DNA from: Phormidesmidales cyanobacterium
GTDB lineage: Bacteria > Cyanobacteriota > Cyanobacteriia > Phormidesmidales > Phormidesmidaceae
Direction: 5' to 3'
DNA: 64,000 nucleotides
Assembly: GCA_038260205.1 (NCBI GenBank)
Contig: JBBSOB010000001.1
Coordinates: forward strand, 85-64,084
In this document: in pieces, positions 63,153-64,000 of the stretch
Position numbering within the stretch: position 1 is the stretch's first letter
How the letters are laid out: every line of letters starts with the position of its first letter
Notes under the pieces: model-generated
What the model was told of the DNA's origin: nothing
Database searches by the model: none
What the model saw: the letters and a program-made list of their open reading frames with translations, nothing else
Translations under genes and position numbers: made by a program

Positions 63153-64000
63153 TCACGCTGAGACTAGATCGCCCAGGTAGCCTCTGGGCGTAATGAACCA
63201 ACCGGCGTAGCTGCGGCTGCTGCGGTTGCCGATGATGACGGTGGTGAGCATGTCGATGGGGCAATCTAGCATTTCGCCGAGCGTGGTCAGGGTGATTTTT
63301 TCGTCTGGGCGATAGAGCGATCGCGCCAAAGCCACCGGCGTATCTGCCCCGCGGTGCTGCAAAAAAGTATCGCGCGCAAACTCGATTTGCTCAGTTCGCG
63401 TTTTGGACTTGGGATTGTAGAGCGCCACGATAAAGTCTGCGCTAGCCGCTGCTTTTAGCCGAGTTTCAATCACGTCCCAGGGCGTCAGCAAATTGCTGAG
63501 GCTAATGGCACAAAAGTCGTGCATGAGCGGTGCGCCCACTCGAGAAGCCGCCGATTGCAGCGCGCTTACCCCCGGAAAAACTTGAACTGCGGGCGTTTTG
63601 CCGTCCCATTTTTGAGCGCGAAGTTCTTCGAGCACCAGGCCAGCCATGCCATAAATGCCGCAGTCTCCAGACGAGATGACCGCGACGGTCAGCCCCCATT
63701 TTGCCAGCACAATAGCCCTTTCTGCTCGCTGACGCTCCTGCGTAATCGGCAGCGCTTCAACGATTTGCCCAGGTTGCAGCAAAGACGCAATCAAATCGAC
63801 ATACAGCGCGTAGCCAATCACCACATCGGCATCGGTAATGGCGGCTTTTGCAGCGGGCGTAATCTGATCGAGGCTACCGGGGCCTGTGCCTACTAAGTGC
63901 AGTCTGCCCGTGCGCCCGGTGTAGCCAATTTCGGCCTGAGCGATCGCCACGGTCACCGCACCTTTGTAGTCAAGATGCTTTACGACTTGCTTTTTCACCC
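63153..64000 (-). CDS. cobJ: Precorrin-3B C17-methyltransferase, probably a CbiG-CobJ fusion; 5' end lies outside the window
   Basis: LVGTGPG, VISSGDCGIYGM, PGVSALQSAA, HDFCAISLS.LLTPW, YNPKS, TPRGY. The preceding AVTVAIA segment resembles the CbiG C-terminus. Confidence 0.93.
   Translation of the reverse strand, partial: VKKQVVKHLDYKGAVTVAIAQAEIGYTGRTGRLHLVGTGPGSLDQITPAAKAAITDADVVIGYALYVDLIASLLQPGQIVEALPITQERQRAERAIVLAKWGLTVAVISSGDCGIYGMAGLVLEELRAQKWDGKTPAVQVFPGVSALQSAASRVGAPLMHDFCAISLSNLLTPWDVIETRLKAAASADFIVALYNPKSKTRTEQIEFARDTFLQHRGADTPVALARSLYRPDEKITLTTLGEMLDCPIDMLTTVIIGNRSSRSYAGWFITPRGYLGDLVSA

Overview
Chromosomal window from a cyanobacterium. Evidence: psbO, psaE, psb28, chlH, ndhO, an hli gene, and very frequent HIP1 octamers (GCGATCGC). 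A Leptolyngbya/Phormidesmis-like lineage is my inference only. Most of the window is housekeeping or photosynthesis genes: chlH, dnaK, coaE, cobA-hemD, lysC, gyrA, ppk1, mutM, sigF, psbO and a partial cbiG-cobJ. I saw no tRNA, rRNA, CRISPR array, integrase or transposase. The less ordinary parts are: (1) an accessory block between the CSP41-like gene and dnaK, with a PTS-EIIC/EAL fusion, a TerB-dynamin fusion and an uncharacterised partner gene, a candidate membrane-remodelling or anti-phage system; (2) three intact ORFs lacking catalytic residues: a membrane pseudokinase fused to a Zn-site-dead VanY-like domain, an Eco57I/Type IIG-like methyltransferase with NPPY replaced by RPPQ, and a P450 lacking the heme Cys, which may be a sequencing artefact; (3) an AT-rich, HIP1-poor pair of a small secreted protein and a large outer-membrane-like protein; (4) two small genes missed by the ORF track (a 56-aa HLIP and a 51-aa conserved-looking microprotein) and an orphan C(UUCG)G terminator suggesting an sRNA; (5) many unrelated 12-16 bp tandem arrays at gene ends and inside coding loops.
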